The notes beneath the pieces are model-generated. The model was given only the letters and a program-made list of their open reading frames with translations, searched no databases and had not been told where the DNA came from. The position numbers and the translations under genes were made by a program. DNA of 46,345 nt from Solirubrobacteraceae bacterium (GTDB lineage Bacteria > Actinomycetota > Thermoleophilia > Solirubrobacterales > Solirubrobacteraceae): assembly GCA_034664525.1 (NCBI GenBank), contig JAXDHL010000035.1:1-46345 (forward strand). The letters run 5' to 3'. Positions 1-9,576 of this stretch are shown piece by piece (position 1 is the stretch's first letter; each line of letters opens with the position of its first letter).

Positions 1-11
1 GCCAGCTGGGC

Positions 12-635
12 ATGCCCGCGCGCACGTTGCCCGCCGAGTCGGCGGTCGCGCTCGAAGCGCTGGCCGCCTCCGAGGCCGACCCCGGGGTGCTGGCGGCGGT
101 CGCGCACGCGTTCGGCAACCTCGGCGCACCGCACGGCGCCGCGACGCTCGAGCGGCTGGTCACGCATCCCGACGCGGCCGTTCGCCAGGGAGTCGTGCGC
201 TCGCTGGCCGGCCGCGACGACCCGCGCTCCGTCGCCGCGCTGATCGCGCTCAGCGCCGACCCCGACGACGAGGTCCGCGACTGGGCGACGTTCGGCCTCG
301 GCGCGCTGTCGGGCCAGGACACCGAGGCGCTACGCGGAGCGCTGGTGGCCCGGCTCGAGGATCCGTGCGTCGCCGCGCGGCTGGAGGCCGTCCACGGGCT
401 CGCGCTGCGGGGCGACGCCCGCGCCGCCGAGCCGGCGCTGGAGCTGCTGGACGCCGACGCTCAGGGCAACGGCCACGGGATCTGGGGCGCGCACGCGCTC
501 GAGGAGGCGGCGGTCCTGCTCGCCGCGCTCACCGGCGACGAGCGCTTCCGCGCCCACCTGCCTCAGTCCGGCGAGCGTCTACGCGGCACGGAGCTCGGCC
601 GCGCGCTCGACAAGGCGCTCGCGCGGCTCGGCTGA
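12..635 (+). CDS. HEAT/PBS-lyase-repeat protein (start may lie upstream of the window)
   Basis: 207-aa ORF with repeated ~30-aa units of the form DP..VR..a...Lg (HPDAAVRQGVVRSLAG, DPDDEVRDWATFGLG, DPCVAARLEAVHGLA). The frame stays open back to position 3. Confidence 0.6.
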   Translation: MPARTLPAESAVALEALAASEADPGVLAAVAHAFGNLGAPHGAATLERLVTHPDAAVRQGVVRSLAGRDDPRSVAALIALSADPDDEVRDWATFGLGALSGQDTEALRGALVARLEDPCVAARLEAVHGLALRGDARAAEPALELLDADAQGNGHGIWGAHALEEAAVLLAALTGDERFRAHLPQSGERLRGTELGRALDKALARLG

Positions 636-1916
636 GCGCCGGCGCCGGATCTCGGCGCGCCCGCCGCGGGCCGGGGCCCACGCGACGCCCTTGAACCGCC
701 ACGGCTCGTCCGGGTCGGAGGTCGGCAGCAGCTCGACGCGCTCGAGCAGGACACGCAGGACCACGTCGAGCTCCATGTGGGCGAACGTGGCGCCGATGCA
801 GCGCCGGATGCCGCCGCCGAACGGGATCCACGAGTAGGTGCCGGGCTGCTTGTCGAGAAAGCGCTCGGGCAGGAAGCGGTCCGGCTGCGGGAACAGCGCC
901 GGGTCGTAGTGCGTCAGCCCGGCGCTGAGGCCGATCAGGATGTCGCGCGGCAGCCGGTAGCCGCCGACCTCGAACGGCTCGATCGTGAATCGGCCGGCGA
1001 ACGAGATCACCGGGCGGGTGCGCTGGACCTCGCGGATCGTCGCGTCGCGATAGGCCTTGTCGCCCGCGGCCAGGCGCGCGAGTGCAGCCGGGTTGCGCCG
1101 CAGCCGCTCGACCGCCCAGGACAGCGTGTGCGCGGTCGTCTCGTGCCCGGCGGCGAGCATCGTCACCAGCTGGTCGCGGATCTCCGCGTTGGTCAGCGAC
1201 GAGCCGTCGGTGTGGGTGGCCAGCAGCATCAGCGCCAGCACGTCCGCCCGCTCGGCGAGCCCAGGGTCGCGCCGGCCGGTCTCGATCAGGCGGTCCAGCA
1301 CCGCGTCGGTCGCCGCGCGCAGGCGCAGGAAGCGGCCCCAGGGGCTCCACGGCCCGAGGTCGTGGTGCAGCTGCGGGTAGCGGGAGACCTGCTGGCCGAG
1401 CTCGGTCAGCGCGGGCACCAGCTGCTCGAGCTCGGCGGCGGTCGTGCCGGTCGCGCCGAAGACGGCGCCCAGGATCGCCCGCAACGTGATCCGCTGGAAC
1501 GCGCGCGAGGTCGGGAACTCCACGCCCTCCGGCAGGCGGTCGATCTCCTCGACCGCGACCCGCTCGATCAGCGGCTCGTAGGCCTTCATCCGCTGGCCCT
1601 TGAACGGCGGCAGCAGGATCCGCCGCTGCTCGAGGTGCTGCTCCTCGTCGATGCCCAGCAGCGAGTGGTCGCCGAGCACGCGCCGCAGCGGGCTGCGCGT
1701 CCCGGCGTGCAGCGTCTTCGGGTCCGCCTTGAACGTGTGCTTGATCAGCTCGGGCTCGCTGAGCACCACCATCCGCCCGAAGCCGAGCAGCTTGACCGTG
1801 AACATGCCCCCGTAGCGGCGGCGCTGGCGCTCCAGGTACGGCCGCTGGCGCGTGAGCATCGCGAGCGTCTGCAGCGGCAGCGGTGCCCGCGGGCCGGGCG
1901 GGAGGCCGTCGATCAT
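579..1916 (-). CDS. cytochrome P450 monooxygenase
   Basis: This is the C-terminal 445 codons of the fused 579..3341 ORF, starting at ATG 1916..1914 (MIDGLPPGP...). It has the heme-ligand loop FGGGIRRCIGATFA, the I-helix AGHETT and the ExxR motif EVQR. Its ATG overlaps the stop of the upstream monooxygenase (ATGA). Confidence 0.9.
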   Translation of the reverse strand: MIDGLPPGPRAPLPLQTLAMLTRQRPYLERQRRRYGGMFTVKLLGFGRMVVLSEPELIKHTFKADPKTLHAGTRSPLRRVLGDHSLLGIDEEQHLEQRRILLPPFKGQRMKAYEPLIERVAVEEIDRLPEGVEFPTSRAFQRITLRAILGAVFGATGTTAAELEQLVPALTELGQQVSRYPQLHHDLGPWSPWGRFLRLRAATDAVLDRLIETGRRDPGLAERADVLALMLLATHTDGSSLTNAEIRDQLVTMLAAGHETTAHTLSWAVERLRRNPAALARLAAGDKAYRDATIREVQRTRPVISFAGRFTIEPFEVGGYRLPRDILIGLSAGLTHYDPALFPQPDRFLPERFLDKQPGTYSWIPFGGGIRRCIGATFAHMELDVVLRVLLERVELLPTSDPDEPWRFKGVAWAPARGGRAEIRRRRSAEPRERLVERAAELRAA

Positions 1917-3418
1917 GCCGGGATCGCGTCGGCGGGCGCGGTCGCCGGCGCCGTCGAGAAGCGAATGCCGTGGTCGATGCGGCCGTGGCGCATGTCGCGG
2001 ATGTCGAGGATGTAGTTCTGGTTCGCGCGCCACGGGGCGTCGGCGCCCTGCTTCGGGAACAGGTGCAGCGACCGCCGTACGTAGCCCGACGTCAGATCCT
2101 TGAGGAACGGGAACGTCGCCATCGCCGGGTCCTCGACGTGCGGCGTGGCGACGGCGTAGCCGTGCTCGTCCATGTGGTTGAGCAGCCGGCACACGGCCTC
2201 GCAGATCAGCTCGCACTTCAGCGTCCAGGACGCGTTCGTGTAGCCGAGCGCGAGCGCCGCGTTCGGCACGTCGGAGAGCATCATGCCGCGGTAGGCGACC
2301 TTCTGCGCGTAGTCGACCTCCTCGCCGTCGACGGCGAGCGTCATCCCGCCGAGCGCGATCAGGTCGAGCCCGGTGGCGGTGATCACCAGGTCCGCCTCGA
2401 GCTCCTGGCCCGACTGCAGCCGGATGCCGGTCTCGGTGAACGTGTCGATCTGGTCGGTCACGATCGAGGCGGCGCCGGAGCGCAGGACCTTGAACAGGTC
2501 GCCGTCGGGCACGAGGCACAGCCGCTGGTCCCACGGGTCGTAGGCCGGGTTGAAGTGCGTGTCGACCTCGTAGTCGGGCGGCAGGTGGCGCACGACGCCC
2601 TTGCGCAGCAGCGCGCGGGCGACCTTCGGCGCCCGGCGGCTGAGCTGGAAGGAGCCCATCGTCAGCAGGACGTTCTTCCAGCGGATGACCGGGTGGGCGG
2701 CCCGCGGGGGCAGCAGCCTGCGCAGCAGGTCGGCGATCGGGTCGCGCGCGGGCATGGCGATGATGTAGGTCGGGGACCGCTGGAGCATCGTGACGTGCTC
2801 GGCGTCGGCGGCCAGCGCCGGCACCAGCGTCACCGCGGTCGCGCCCGAGCCGACGATCACGACGCGCTTGCCCGCGTAGCCGACGTCGTCGGTCCACTGC
2901 TGCGGGTGCACGACCTGGCCCTGGAAGCGGTCGAGGCCCGGCAGCTGGGGTGTGTGGCCGTGCTCGTAGCTGTAGTAGCCCGTGCAGCCGAACAGGAAGC
3001 CGCAGGTGAGGCGCACGGTCTCCCCGGTGTCGGTGCGCTCGGCCTCGACCGTCCAGCGGGCGTCGGCGCTCGACCACTCGGCGCGGCGCACACGGTGCCC
3101 GTAGCGGATGCGCTCGTCGACGCCGTACTCGCGGGCGGTCTCGTGGATGTAGCTCAGGATGTCCGGGCCGTCGGCGATCGCCTTGCCCGCCACCCACGGC
3201 TTGAACGAGAAGCCGAGCGTGAACATGTCCGAGTCCGAGCGGATGCCCGGGTAGCGGAACAGGTCCCACGTGCCGCCCATGGCGTCGCGGCCCTCGAGGA
3301 TCGCGTACGACTTCGCGGGGCACTTGCTGCTCAGGTGGCACGCCGCTCCGATCCCGGAGAGGCCCGCGCCGACGATCAGGACGTCGACGTGCTCTGGCGC
3401 TGTGATGGTGGCGGTCAT
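1913..3418 (-). CDS. FAD-dependent Baeyer-Villiger-type (flavin-containing) monooxygenase
   Basis: This is the last 501 codons of ORF 1913..4462, starting at ATG 3418..3416 (MTATITAPEH...). It has the FAD motif VGAGLSGIG, the BVMO fingerprint FQGQVVHPQQW (FxGxxxHxxxW) and a second Rossmann motif VIVGSGATA. It shares 4-nt overlaps with the TetR gene upstream and the P450 downstream. Confidence 0.88.
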   Translation of the reverse strand: MTATITAPEHVDVLIVGAGLSGIGAACHLSSKCPAKSYAILEGRDAMGGTWDLFRYPGIRSDSDMFTLGFSFKPWVAGKAIADGPDILSYIHETAREYGVDERIRYGHRVRRAEWSSADARWTVEAERTDTGETVRLTCGFLFGCTGYYSYEHGHTPQLPGLDRFQGQVVHPQQWTDDVGYAGKRVVIVGSGATAVTLVPALAADAEHVTMLQRSPTYIIAMPARDPIADLLRRLLPPRAAHPVIRWKNVLLTMGSFQLSRRAPKVARALLRKGVVRHLPPDYEVDTHFNPAYDPWDQRLCLVPDGDLFKVLRSGAASIVTDQIDTFTETGIRLQSGQELEADLVITATGLDLIALGGMTLAVDGEEVDYAQKVAYRGMMLSDVPNAALALGYTNASWTLKCELICEAVCRLLNHMDEHGYAVATPHVEDPAMATFPFLKDLTSGYVRRSLHLFPKQGADAPWRANQNYILDIRDMRHGRIDHGIRFSTAPATAPADAIPA

Positions 3419-4095
3419 GGAGTGGTGGTCGTGGTGGCCGGGTCGCGCATCAGGCGGACGAGCAGGTCGGTGGCGGCGCCCTCGAGCGCGAGCACCGCCT
3501 CGGGCCCGTCGTCGGCGGCGCGCAGGATGAGCTCGTTGATGCCGCCGAGCGCGCCGAGGGCGAGCGCCGGGGTCAGCGGGCTGATGCCGGGGACCGCGGC
3601 GGCGGCCTCGGTGGTGATCGCCACCATCGCGCCGGCGTAGCGGTCGAACGCCTCGCGCCGTGCCAGCCGGGCAGCCTCGCTGACCGCGGCCACCTCGACG
3701 AGCGCGACGCGGAAGTAGACGGGGTCGGCGGTCATCGCGGCGAGGTAGGCGGCGACCACCCGGCGCACGCGCTCCTCCCACGCGGCGACGCCGGCGCTGT
3801 CGGCATAGGCCTGCTGCACGACCGCCAGGCCGGCGGCGACGATCTCGCGGTGGAGGGCGAGGAAGACCGATTCCTTGTCGGCGAAGTGGTCGTAGACCGT
3901 CGACTTGGAGATGCGGGCGGCGCGCGCGATGTCGGCGATCGTCGTCGCCGCGTAGCCCTTGCCGACGATCGAGGTGGCGAGGCCGTGGATGACCTGGCGC
4001 CGCTGGAGGTCCTGCAGGGCGTCGCGGCGCGCGTCGAGGATGGTTCCTGCCGGCATCGGTACCGGACGGTACTGCATCGGTACCGGCTGGTACAA
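3415..4095 (-). CDS. TetR-family transcriptional regulator (start ambiguous: TTG 4095, ATG 4077 or ATG 4056)
   Basis: It has an N-terminal TetR helix-turn-helix (GYAATTIADIARAARISKSTVYDHFADKESVF). It is the first gene of a three-gene overlapping operon with the BVMO and P450. Confidence 0.85.
   Translation of the reverse strand: MYQPVPMQYRPVPMPAGTILDARRDALQDLQRRQVIHGLATSIVGKGYAATTIADIARAARISKSTVYDHFADKESVFLALHREIVAAGLAVVQQAYADSAGVAAWEERVRRVVAAYLAAMTADPVYFRVALVEVAAVSEAARLARREAFDRYAGAMVAITTEAAAAVPGISPLTPALALGALGGINELILRAADDGPEAVLALEGAATDLLVRLMRDPATTTTTP
4053..4094. promoter_or_regulatory. candidate TetR operator: two tandem 21-bp repeats, each holding a GTACC-type inverted repeat
   Basis: The repeats are gcatcggtaccggacggtact (4053-4073) and gcatcggtaccggctggtaca (4074-4094), identical at 18 of 21 positions. 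Inside them are GTACCG-ga-CGGTAC (4059-4072) and GTACC-ggct-GGTAC (4080-4093). They lie at or just upstream of the possible TetR starts, in the divergent region facing rsmB. Confidence 0.3.
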
Positions 4096-4158
4096 GGCCG
4101 AACCGGCGTTCGAACGTCCGCGCGGCGATCACCGGCGGTGCCTCGTAGCGTGTGAGGC

Positions 4159-5499
4159 GTGGCCAAGACGGCTGAGCGGGTGAGCCCGGCGCGCGCGTGC
4201 GCCTACGAGGTGCTGCGGCGCGTCGAGGACGGCGCCTGGGCCGACCGGGCGCTGCAGGGCGAGGCGAGGCGGCGGGGCCTGGACGGGCGTGACCGCGCGC
4301 TCGCGACGCAGCTCGCGTTCGGCGCGGTGCAGCGCCAGGCGACGCTCGACCACGTGATCGCGCAGCTGTCCGGCCGCGATCCGGCCAAGCTCGACGCCGC
4401 GGTCCGCGCGGCGCTGCGGCTCGGCCTCTACCAGCTGCTGTTCCTCGAGCGGGTGCCGGCACACGCCGCGGTCGGGGAGGCCGTCGAGCTGGCCAAGGCC
4501 GAGCGCCCGCAGGCGGCCGGGCTGGTCAACGCCGTCCTGCGCCGGGCGGGGACGGACGCCTGGAAGCTGGTCGCCGGCCTCGGCGACGCCACGCCGGCCG
4601 AGGCCGCGCTCAAGCACTCCCACCCGGCCTGGATCGCCGAGCTGTGGTGGCGCCGCCTCGGCGCCGAGGATGCGAAGGCGCTGATGGCGGCCGGCAACCG
4701 GCCGCCCGAGCCGGCGCTGCGCGCGAACACGCTCAAGACCACGCGCGACGCGCTCGCGGAGGCGCTGCCGGTCGCGAGCCGGCCGGCCGACGGGCTGCCG
4801 GAGGCGCTCGTGCTCGAGGCGCCGTTCGACGCCCACGGCTCGCCCCTGCACGCCCAGGGGGCGTTCATGCCGCAGTCGCGCGCCGCCCAGGCGGTCGCCC
4901 GGATCCTCGACCCGCAGCCCGGCGAGCGCGTGCTCGACCTGTGCGCGGCGCCCGGCGGAAAGACCACGCACCTCGCCGCGCTGATGGGCGGCGCGGGCGC
5001 GATCACGGCGGTCGAGCGCGACGCCAAGCGCGCCGCGAACCTCGAGCGCACGGCCGGCCGGATGGGCGCCACGATCGTCGAGGTGCGCCACGCCGACGCG
5101 GCCGGCATCGACGAGCCGGCCGCCTACGACCGCGTGCTCGTCGATCCGCCGTGCTCGGACCTCGGCACGCTCGCGCTGCGCCCGGACGCCCGCTGGCGCA
5201 AGCAACCCGGCGACCCGTCCCGGCTGGCCCGCATCCAGGAGCGGATCCTCGAGGCGGGCGCGCGCGCCCTCAAGCCGGGAGGGATCCTCGTCTACTCCAC
5301 CTGCACGATCTCGCCGGCCGAGAACGAGGACCTGATCGCCGGCTTCCTCGCCCGCCACGACGGGTTCGAGCTCGACCCCGGCCCGCCGTCCGACCTCCCG
5401 GTCTGGGACCATCCGACCGTGCCCGGCCTCCGTCAGACGCTGCCCCACCGCGACGGCACCGACGGGTTCTTCATCGCGCGGCTGCGCCGGAGCGCGTGA
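4159..5499 (+). CDS. rsmB: 16S rRNA (cytosine-C5)-methyltransferase RsmB/Sun
   Basis: It has an N-terminal NusB-like region, the SAM motif DLCAAPGGKT, and the catalytic Cys motifs DPPCSDLGT and VYSTCT. It uses a GTG start, and an alternative GTG at 4180 is possible. Confidence 0.88.
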   Translation: MAKTAERVSPARACAYEVLRRVEDGAWADRALQGEARRRGLDGRDRALATQLAFGAVQRQATLDHVIAQLSGRDPAKLDAAVRAALRLGLYQLLFLERVPAHAAVGEAVELAKAERPQAAGLVNAVLRRAGTDAWKLVAGLGDATPAEAALKHSHPAWIAELWWRRLGAEDAKALMAAGNRPPEPALRANTLKTTRDALAEALPVASRPADGLPEALVLEAPFDAHGSPLHAQGAFMPQSRAAQAVARILDPQPGERVLDLCAAPGGKTTHLAALMGGAGAITAVERDAKRAANLERTAGRMGATIVEVRHADAAGIDEPAAYDRVLVDPPCSDLGTLALRPDARWRKQPGDPSRLARIQERILEAGARALKPGGILVYSTCTISPAENEDLIAGFLARHDGFELDPGPPSDLPVWDHPTVPGLRQTLPHRDGTDGFFIARLRRSA

Positions 5500-5726
5500 T
5501 GGCGCAGGACCCGGTCGATCTCGGGCCGGTCTGCCCGGCGTGCAAGGAGCCGTGGCTGCGGGCGACGAACCTCCCGGGCCGCTACCGCTGCGTGAACTGC
5601 CTCTCGCGCTTCGAGCTGCGCTCGGTGTGCCCGAACTGCGGCGAGCACTCGACGATCGTGCGCATGTCCAACACCGCGCTGTACGTCTGCAACAGCTGCC
5701 AGAGCTCGATGCTGGCGCCGATCTGA
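5499..5726 (+). CDS. small double zinc-ribbon protein (75 aa), uncharacterised
   Basis: It carries four CxxC pairs (CPAC, CVNC, CPNC, CNSC). Third codon positions are almost all G/C. Its ATG overlaps the rsmB stop (TGATG), and its own TGA overlaps the rpe ATG (TGATG). Confidence 0.7.
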   Translation: MAQDPVDLGPVCPACKEPWLRATNLPGRYRCVNCLSRFELRSVCPNCGEHSTIVRMSNTALYVCNSCQSSMLAPI

Positions 5727-6403
5727 TGGCCGGCCACTGGCACGGCGTCGCGCCGTCGATCCTGTCGGCCGACTTCGCCCGCCTCGGCGACCAGGTCACC
5801 GAGGTCCTCGAGGCCGGGGCCACCGTGATCCATGTCGACGTGATGGACGGCCACTTCGTCCCGCCGATCACGATGGGCCCGCTGGTGGTCTCGGCGATCG
5901 CCGACCTGGTCCACGACCACGGCGCCGTGATCGACGTGCACCTGATGATCGAGCGCCCGGAGCGCTACGCGGCCGAGTTCGCGAAGGCCGGCGCCGACGG
6001 CATCACCGTCCACGCCGAGGCGACCCCGCACGTCCACTACGCGGTCCAGCAGATCCGCGAGGCGGGCTGCCGCGCCGGCGTGGCGCTGTGTCCGTCGACC
6101 CCGGTGACCGAGCTCAGCGAGCTGCTGCGAGACGTCGACCTCGCCCTGTGCATGACGGTCGATCCGGGCTGGGGCGGGCAGCCGTTCATCGCGAGCAGCC
6201 CGTCCAAGATCGCCCGCATGCGCGAGGTGCTGCCGCCCAACGTCGTGCTCGAGGTCGACGGCGGCGTGGACACGAGGACCGCCGGCGCCTGTCGCGAGGC
6301 CGGCGCGACACTGTGGGTGGCCGGATCGGCCGTCTTCGGCAGGCCGGACCCGGGCGAGGCGCTGCGGGCGATCGCCGCGGCCGCCGCCGGCGCGCTCGCC
6401 TAA
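5726..6403 (+). CDS. rpe: ribulose-phosphate 3-epimerase
   Basis: 225 aa from ATG 5726. Motifs include SILSADFARLG, HVDVMDGHFVP, DVHLM and VDGGV. The longer 5540 ORF start falls inside the upstream small gene and is rejected. Confidence 0.92.
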   Translation: MAGHWHGVAPSILSADFARLGDQVTEVLEAGATVIHVDVMDGHFVPPITMGPLVVSAIADLVHDHGAVIDVHLMIERPERYAAEFAKAGADGITVHAEATPHVHYAVQQIREAGCRAGVALCPSTPVTELSELLRDVDLALCMTVDPGWGGQPFIASSPSKIARMREVLPPNVVLEVDGGVDTRTAGACREAGATLWVAGSAVFGRPDPGEALRAIAAAAAGALA

Positions 6404-6404
6404 G

Positions 6405-8081
6405 CTAAGTGCCGCTGGCGACGGCTTCGGCCTCCCGCAGGTACTGGTGGACGAAGGCGATCGCCATGCTGCCCTCGCCGACCGCCGACGCCACCCGCTT
6501 GACCGGGCCGAACCGTACGTCGCCGCACGCGAAGATGCCCGGGACGCCGGTCTCGAGCAGATACGGGTCGCGATCGAGCTCCCAGCGCCCGGCGGCCCGC
6601 ACGTCGGAGCCGGTGAGCACGTAGCCGCGTTCGCTGAGCGCGATCTCGTCCGGCAGCCACGCCGTCTCGGCGTCGGCCCCGATGAAGATGAACATGCCGC
6701 CCGACTCGAGCCGGGTGATGGCGCCGGTGTCGCGGTCGCGGACGTCGATCGCCTCGAGCGAGGCGTCTCCGTGGACCGCCACCGGCTCGGTCCCCAGCAG
6801 CACACGGACGTTCGCCCACGGCGGGAGCTGGTCGATCAGATAGCGCGACATGCCCTTCTCGAGCCGGTCACCGCGGCACAGCACCGTCACGCTGCGGGCG
6901 TGGGTGGCGAAGAACAGCGCCGCCTGGCCGGCCGAGTTCCCGGCGCCCACGATGTGCACGTCGAGCCCGTGGGTGTTCGCGGCCTCGCTGCGGGCGGCGC
7001 CGTAGAAGACGCCCTTCCCGGCGAGCCGGTCGCAGCCGTCGATCGCCAGATGCCGCCACGCGACACCGCAGGCGAGGATGATCGTCCGCGCCCGCAGGAC
7101 GTCGCCGCCGTCGAGGTGCACCTGGCGCGTCGAGGGGTCGATCCGCCGGATCGCCCGGGTCACGAGGATCTCGGCGCCGAGCCGGCGCGCCTGCTGCAGT
7201 GCCCGGCTGGCCAGCTCGTCGCCGGACACGCCGGAGGGGAAGCCGAGGTAGTTCTCGATCCGTGACGACGTGCCGGCCTGGCCGCCGGGCGCCTCGCGCT
7301 CGATCACGAGCGTCCGCAGGCCCTCGGAGGCCGCGTAGACGCCCGCGGCCAGCCCGGCGGGCCCGGCGCCGACGACCACGACGTCGTATTCGGCACCGTC
7401 CGGCTCGGTGCCGAGTCCGAGCAGTTCGGCCAGCCGGCGCAGCTGCGGGCGCACGACCGTCTTGCCGTCGACGATCCGGACCGTCGGGCAGTCCTCGTCG
7501 TGCGGCAACGGGCCGCCCCATTCCTCGGCGGCATCCGGCGCGTCGGGCGTCAGCCACCGGTAGGTGACCTGGTTGCGGTCCAGGAACCGCCGCAGGCTCG
7601 CGCACTCGGCGTCCCAGCGGTGCCCCAGCACGACGGCGCGGGGCGGAGGCGGCTCGGCCGCGAGACCCTGCAGGCCGCCGGGGCCGCCGATCCGGTGGGC
7701 GGCCAGCCTTCCGACCTCGCGGGCGACGTCGGGCGCCACGGAGGCGACGGCGTGGTAGGCCTGCGGGTCGATCCGCATGATCCGCGACTTCTCCGCCGCG
7801 CGGAAGCCGACCGGGAACACGGTGCCGAGCGTGATCGGCACCTCGCCGAAGATGTCGCCCGGGTCGCGGTGGCCGACGACGCGCTCGATCCCGTCGACGT
7901 GCTTGACCGGCTCGATCCGGCCCGCGAGCAGGCCGAAGAGGGCCCGATCGTCGCCCTGGTGCGCGGCGTACTCGCCGGGCAGAAGCGTGATGTCGGCGGC
8001 GGCGCGGGCGAGCCGTTCGCGGTCCGCGGCGTCGAGCGACGCGAAGATCGTGATCCCGCCGATCTCCTCGGCGGTCACCAT
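6405..8081 (-). CDS. cyclic-nucleotide-binding domain / glutaredoxin-like domain / thioredoxin-reductase-like flavoprotein fusion
   Basis: The N-terminus is a cNMP-binding fold (FGEVPI...RAAE). The middle domain is ~80 aa and Trx/Grx-like. The C-terminus is TrxR-like, with [27 protein letters not shown] and GIFACGDV. The position of the TrxR redox CxxC reads [11 protein letters not shown], with no cysteines. Confidence 0.8.
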   Translation of the reverse strand: MVTAEEIGGITIFASLDAADRERLARAAADITLLPGEYAAHQGDDRALFGLLAGRIEPVKHVDGIERVVGHRDPGDIFGEVPITLGTVFPVGFRAAEKSRIMRIDPQAYHAVASVAPDVAREVGRLAAHRIGGPGGLQGLAAEPPPPRAVVLGHRWDAECASLRRFLDRNQVTYRWLTPDAPDAAEEWGGPLPHDEDCPTVRIVDGKTVVRPQLRRLAELLGLGTEPDGAEYDVVVVGAGPAGLAAGVYAASEGLRTLVIEREAPGGQAGTSSRIENYLGFPSGVSGDELASRALQQARRLGAEILVTRAIRRIDPSTRQVHLDGGDVLRARTIILACGVAWRHLAIDGCDRLAGKGVFYGAARSEAANTHGLDVHIVGAGNSAGQAALFFATHARSVTVLCRGDRLEKGMSRYLIDQLPPWANVRVLLGTEPVAVHGDASLEAIDVRDRDTGAITRLESGGMFIFIGADAETAWLPDEIALSERGYVLTGSDVRAAGRWELDRDPYLLETGVPGIFACGDVRFGPVKRVASAVGEGSMAIAFVHQYLREAEAVASGT

Positions 8082-8099
8082 CAGCCGGTCTGGCCTCGG

Positions 8100-8118
8100 A
8101 CGGTCACCGGCCGACCGT
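8100..8118 (-). terminator. weak hairpin between the last mce gene and the TrxR-like gene
   Basis: The structure is ACGGTC-accggcc-GACCGT (6-bp stem, 7-nt loop) in the 58-nt gap. There is no U-tract. Confidence 0.2.
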
Positions 8119-8139
8119 ACCGCGTCGCGTGCGCGGCGG

Positions 8140-9576
8140 CTACTTCGTCGAGCCCTTGAAGTCCGACGCGAGGACGTGCGGGAAGCGCTCCTGCTTGCCC
8201 TGGAAGTCGAACGGGGCCTGCACGAAGCAGCCCGGGTCCTTCGGGGCGGCCTTGTGGTCGCCGCCGGCGGTCTTGCAGTCCCAGTTGGACAGGATGTTGT
8301 AGCCCCGCTTGAAGCCGTCCGCGTTGAGCGACTGCGGATCCAGGTACGTGTTGCCGCGGTTGTCGGCGGAGCGCGTGGGCGTGATCATCGTCTGCGAGCC
8401 GGCCACGATCAGCTGCGGGAGCACGTGGCCGTTGGACTCCTTGTTGTTGGTCTGGGTCTTGCCCTGCAGGGCGGCGCCCGGGCCCGAGATGAAGTTCGCG
8501 ACGGTGCCCTGGTTGAGCTGCAGCCATGACAGCACGGGGTTCAGCTGGGACAGGAAGGGGCCGGTCGCATCGAGCACCGGCGTCAGGCCGCGCAGCACGC
8601 GCGACATCGCCGGCAGCCCGGTCTTCGACTGGGCCGTCAGTGCCGGCAGCGCCCGGAACGCGGTCTGGAGATCCGGCGACGCGGCGCGCAGGTCGGCCAG
8701 CGTGGGCTTGAGGTCGCGGGCGACCGGGCCGAGGTCGTCGACCAGCGGCTTGGTGTCGACGGAGAACTTCTCCACGCGCGAGAGCGTGGCCCGCGACTCC
8801 TTGAGGAACGTCGGGAAGATCTGGATCGACTGCGCCAGCGCCTCCTTCTCGGAGGCGGTCGCCTTGAACCACTTCGACGTGTCGGCGATGAACGCGCGCA
8901 GGCCGTTCTCGTCGCGCGTGATCGCCGCGAACGTCGTGCCGGTCTGGTTGACCAGCGCCTTCAGCGAGTCGCGCCGGCGGTCGAGCGTCTCCAGCAGGCC
9001 CGAGCCGCTCTGCGCGAAGGTCGAGAGGTTGCCGATCGCGTCGTTGAGGTCCTGGCCGCGGCCCTGGATCGCCTGCGAGGAGTTCGCCATCCAGCGGCGG
9101 AAGTCGGCGCGCGTCTTCTTCGGGAACAGCGCGAGCACCTCGTCGAGCTCGACGGTCTTCTCGACGCGCGCGTTCGCGAGCTTGCCGCCCTCGGGGATCG
9201 CCGGCGTGCCCTTGTGGCCGAGGGTCAGCTCGACGTAGGTCTCGCCGAGCAGCGTCTTCTGGCGCAGGATCGCCTTCGCGTCCTTGTGCAGCGGCGCGTA
9301 CGCGCGCTCGAGCTGCAGCGTGGCCAGCGTCTTGTTGCCGGCCGGGTCGCGCTCGAGCTTGGCGACCTTGCCGATCGAGACGCCGGCGACGCGCACGTCG
9401 GCCTGGGCGGCGAGCGTCGTCGCCTCCGGGAAGGCGATTTGCACGCGGTAGCCCTTGGGCTTGAGCGGGATCGTCCCGCCGAACGAGATCCACAGGAACA
9501 GCAGCAGGCCGAAGCACGAGAAGGCGAAGACGGCCATCACGATGGTCTGCGTCCGGGTGGCGCCGGCGGTCTTCAC
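8140..9576 (-). CDS. Mce/MlaD-family protein (6th of six)
   Basis: It starts at GTG 9576 ([32 protein letters not shown]), overlapping the upstream stop (GTGA) and preceded by GGGGGAG. It has an N-terminal TM helix, an MlaD-like beta domain ([11 protein letters not shown]) and a long helical region. Confidence 0.85.
   Translation of the reverse strand: MKTAGATRTQTIVMAVFAFSCFGLLLFLWISFGGTIPLKPKGYRVQIAFPEATTLAAQADVRVAGVSIGKVAKLERDPAGNKTLATLQLERAYAPLHKDAKAILRQKTLLGETYVELTLGHKGTPAIPEGGKLANARVEKTVELDEVLALFPKKTRADFRRWMANSSQAIQGRGQDLNDAIGNLSTFAQSGSGLLETLDRRRDSLKALVNQTGTTFAAITRDENGLRAFIADTSKWFKATASEKEALAQSIQIFPTFLKESRATLSRVEKFSVDTKPLVDDLGPVARDLKPTLADLRAASPDLQTAFRALPALTAQSKTGLPAMSRVLRGLTPVLDATGPFLSQLNPVLSWLQLNQGTVANFISGPGAALQGKTQTNNKESNGHVLPQLIVAGSQTMITPTRSADNRGNTYLDPQSLNADGFKRGYNILSNWDCKTAGGDHKAAPKDPGCFVQAPFDFQGKQERFPHVLASDFKGSTK

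Noticed and set aside
579-3341. 920-aa minus-strand ORF suggesting one giant protein.
   Set aside because: Only the last 445 codons, from ATG 1916, form a coherent P450. The upstream part is an out-of-frame read through the BVMO gene with junk composition.
1883-3640. 585-aa plus-strand ORF, together with similar ORFs 777..2015, 529..1350 and 365..694.
   Set aside because: They are antisense or out of frame relative to the P450/BVMO genes. Their composition is Arg/Ala/Gly/Pro-rich with no recognisable motifs, which is typical of shadow ORFs in very GC-rich DNA.
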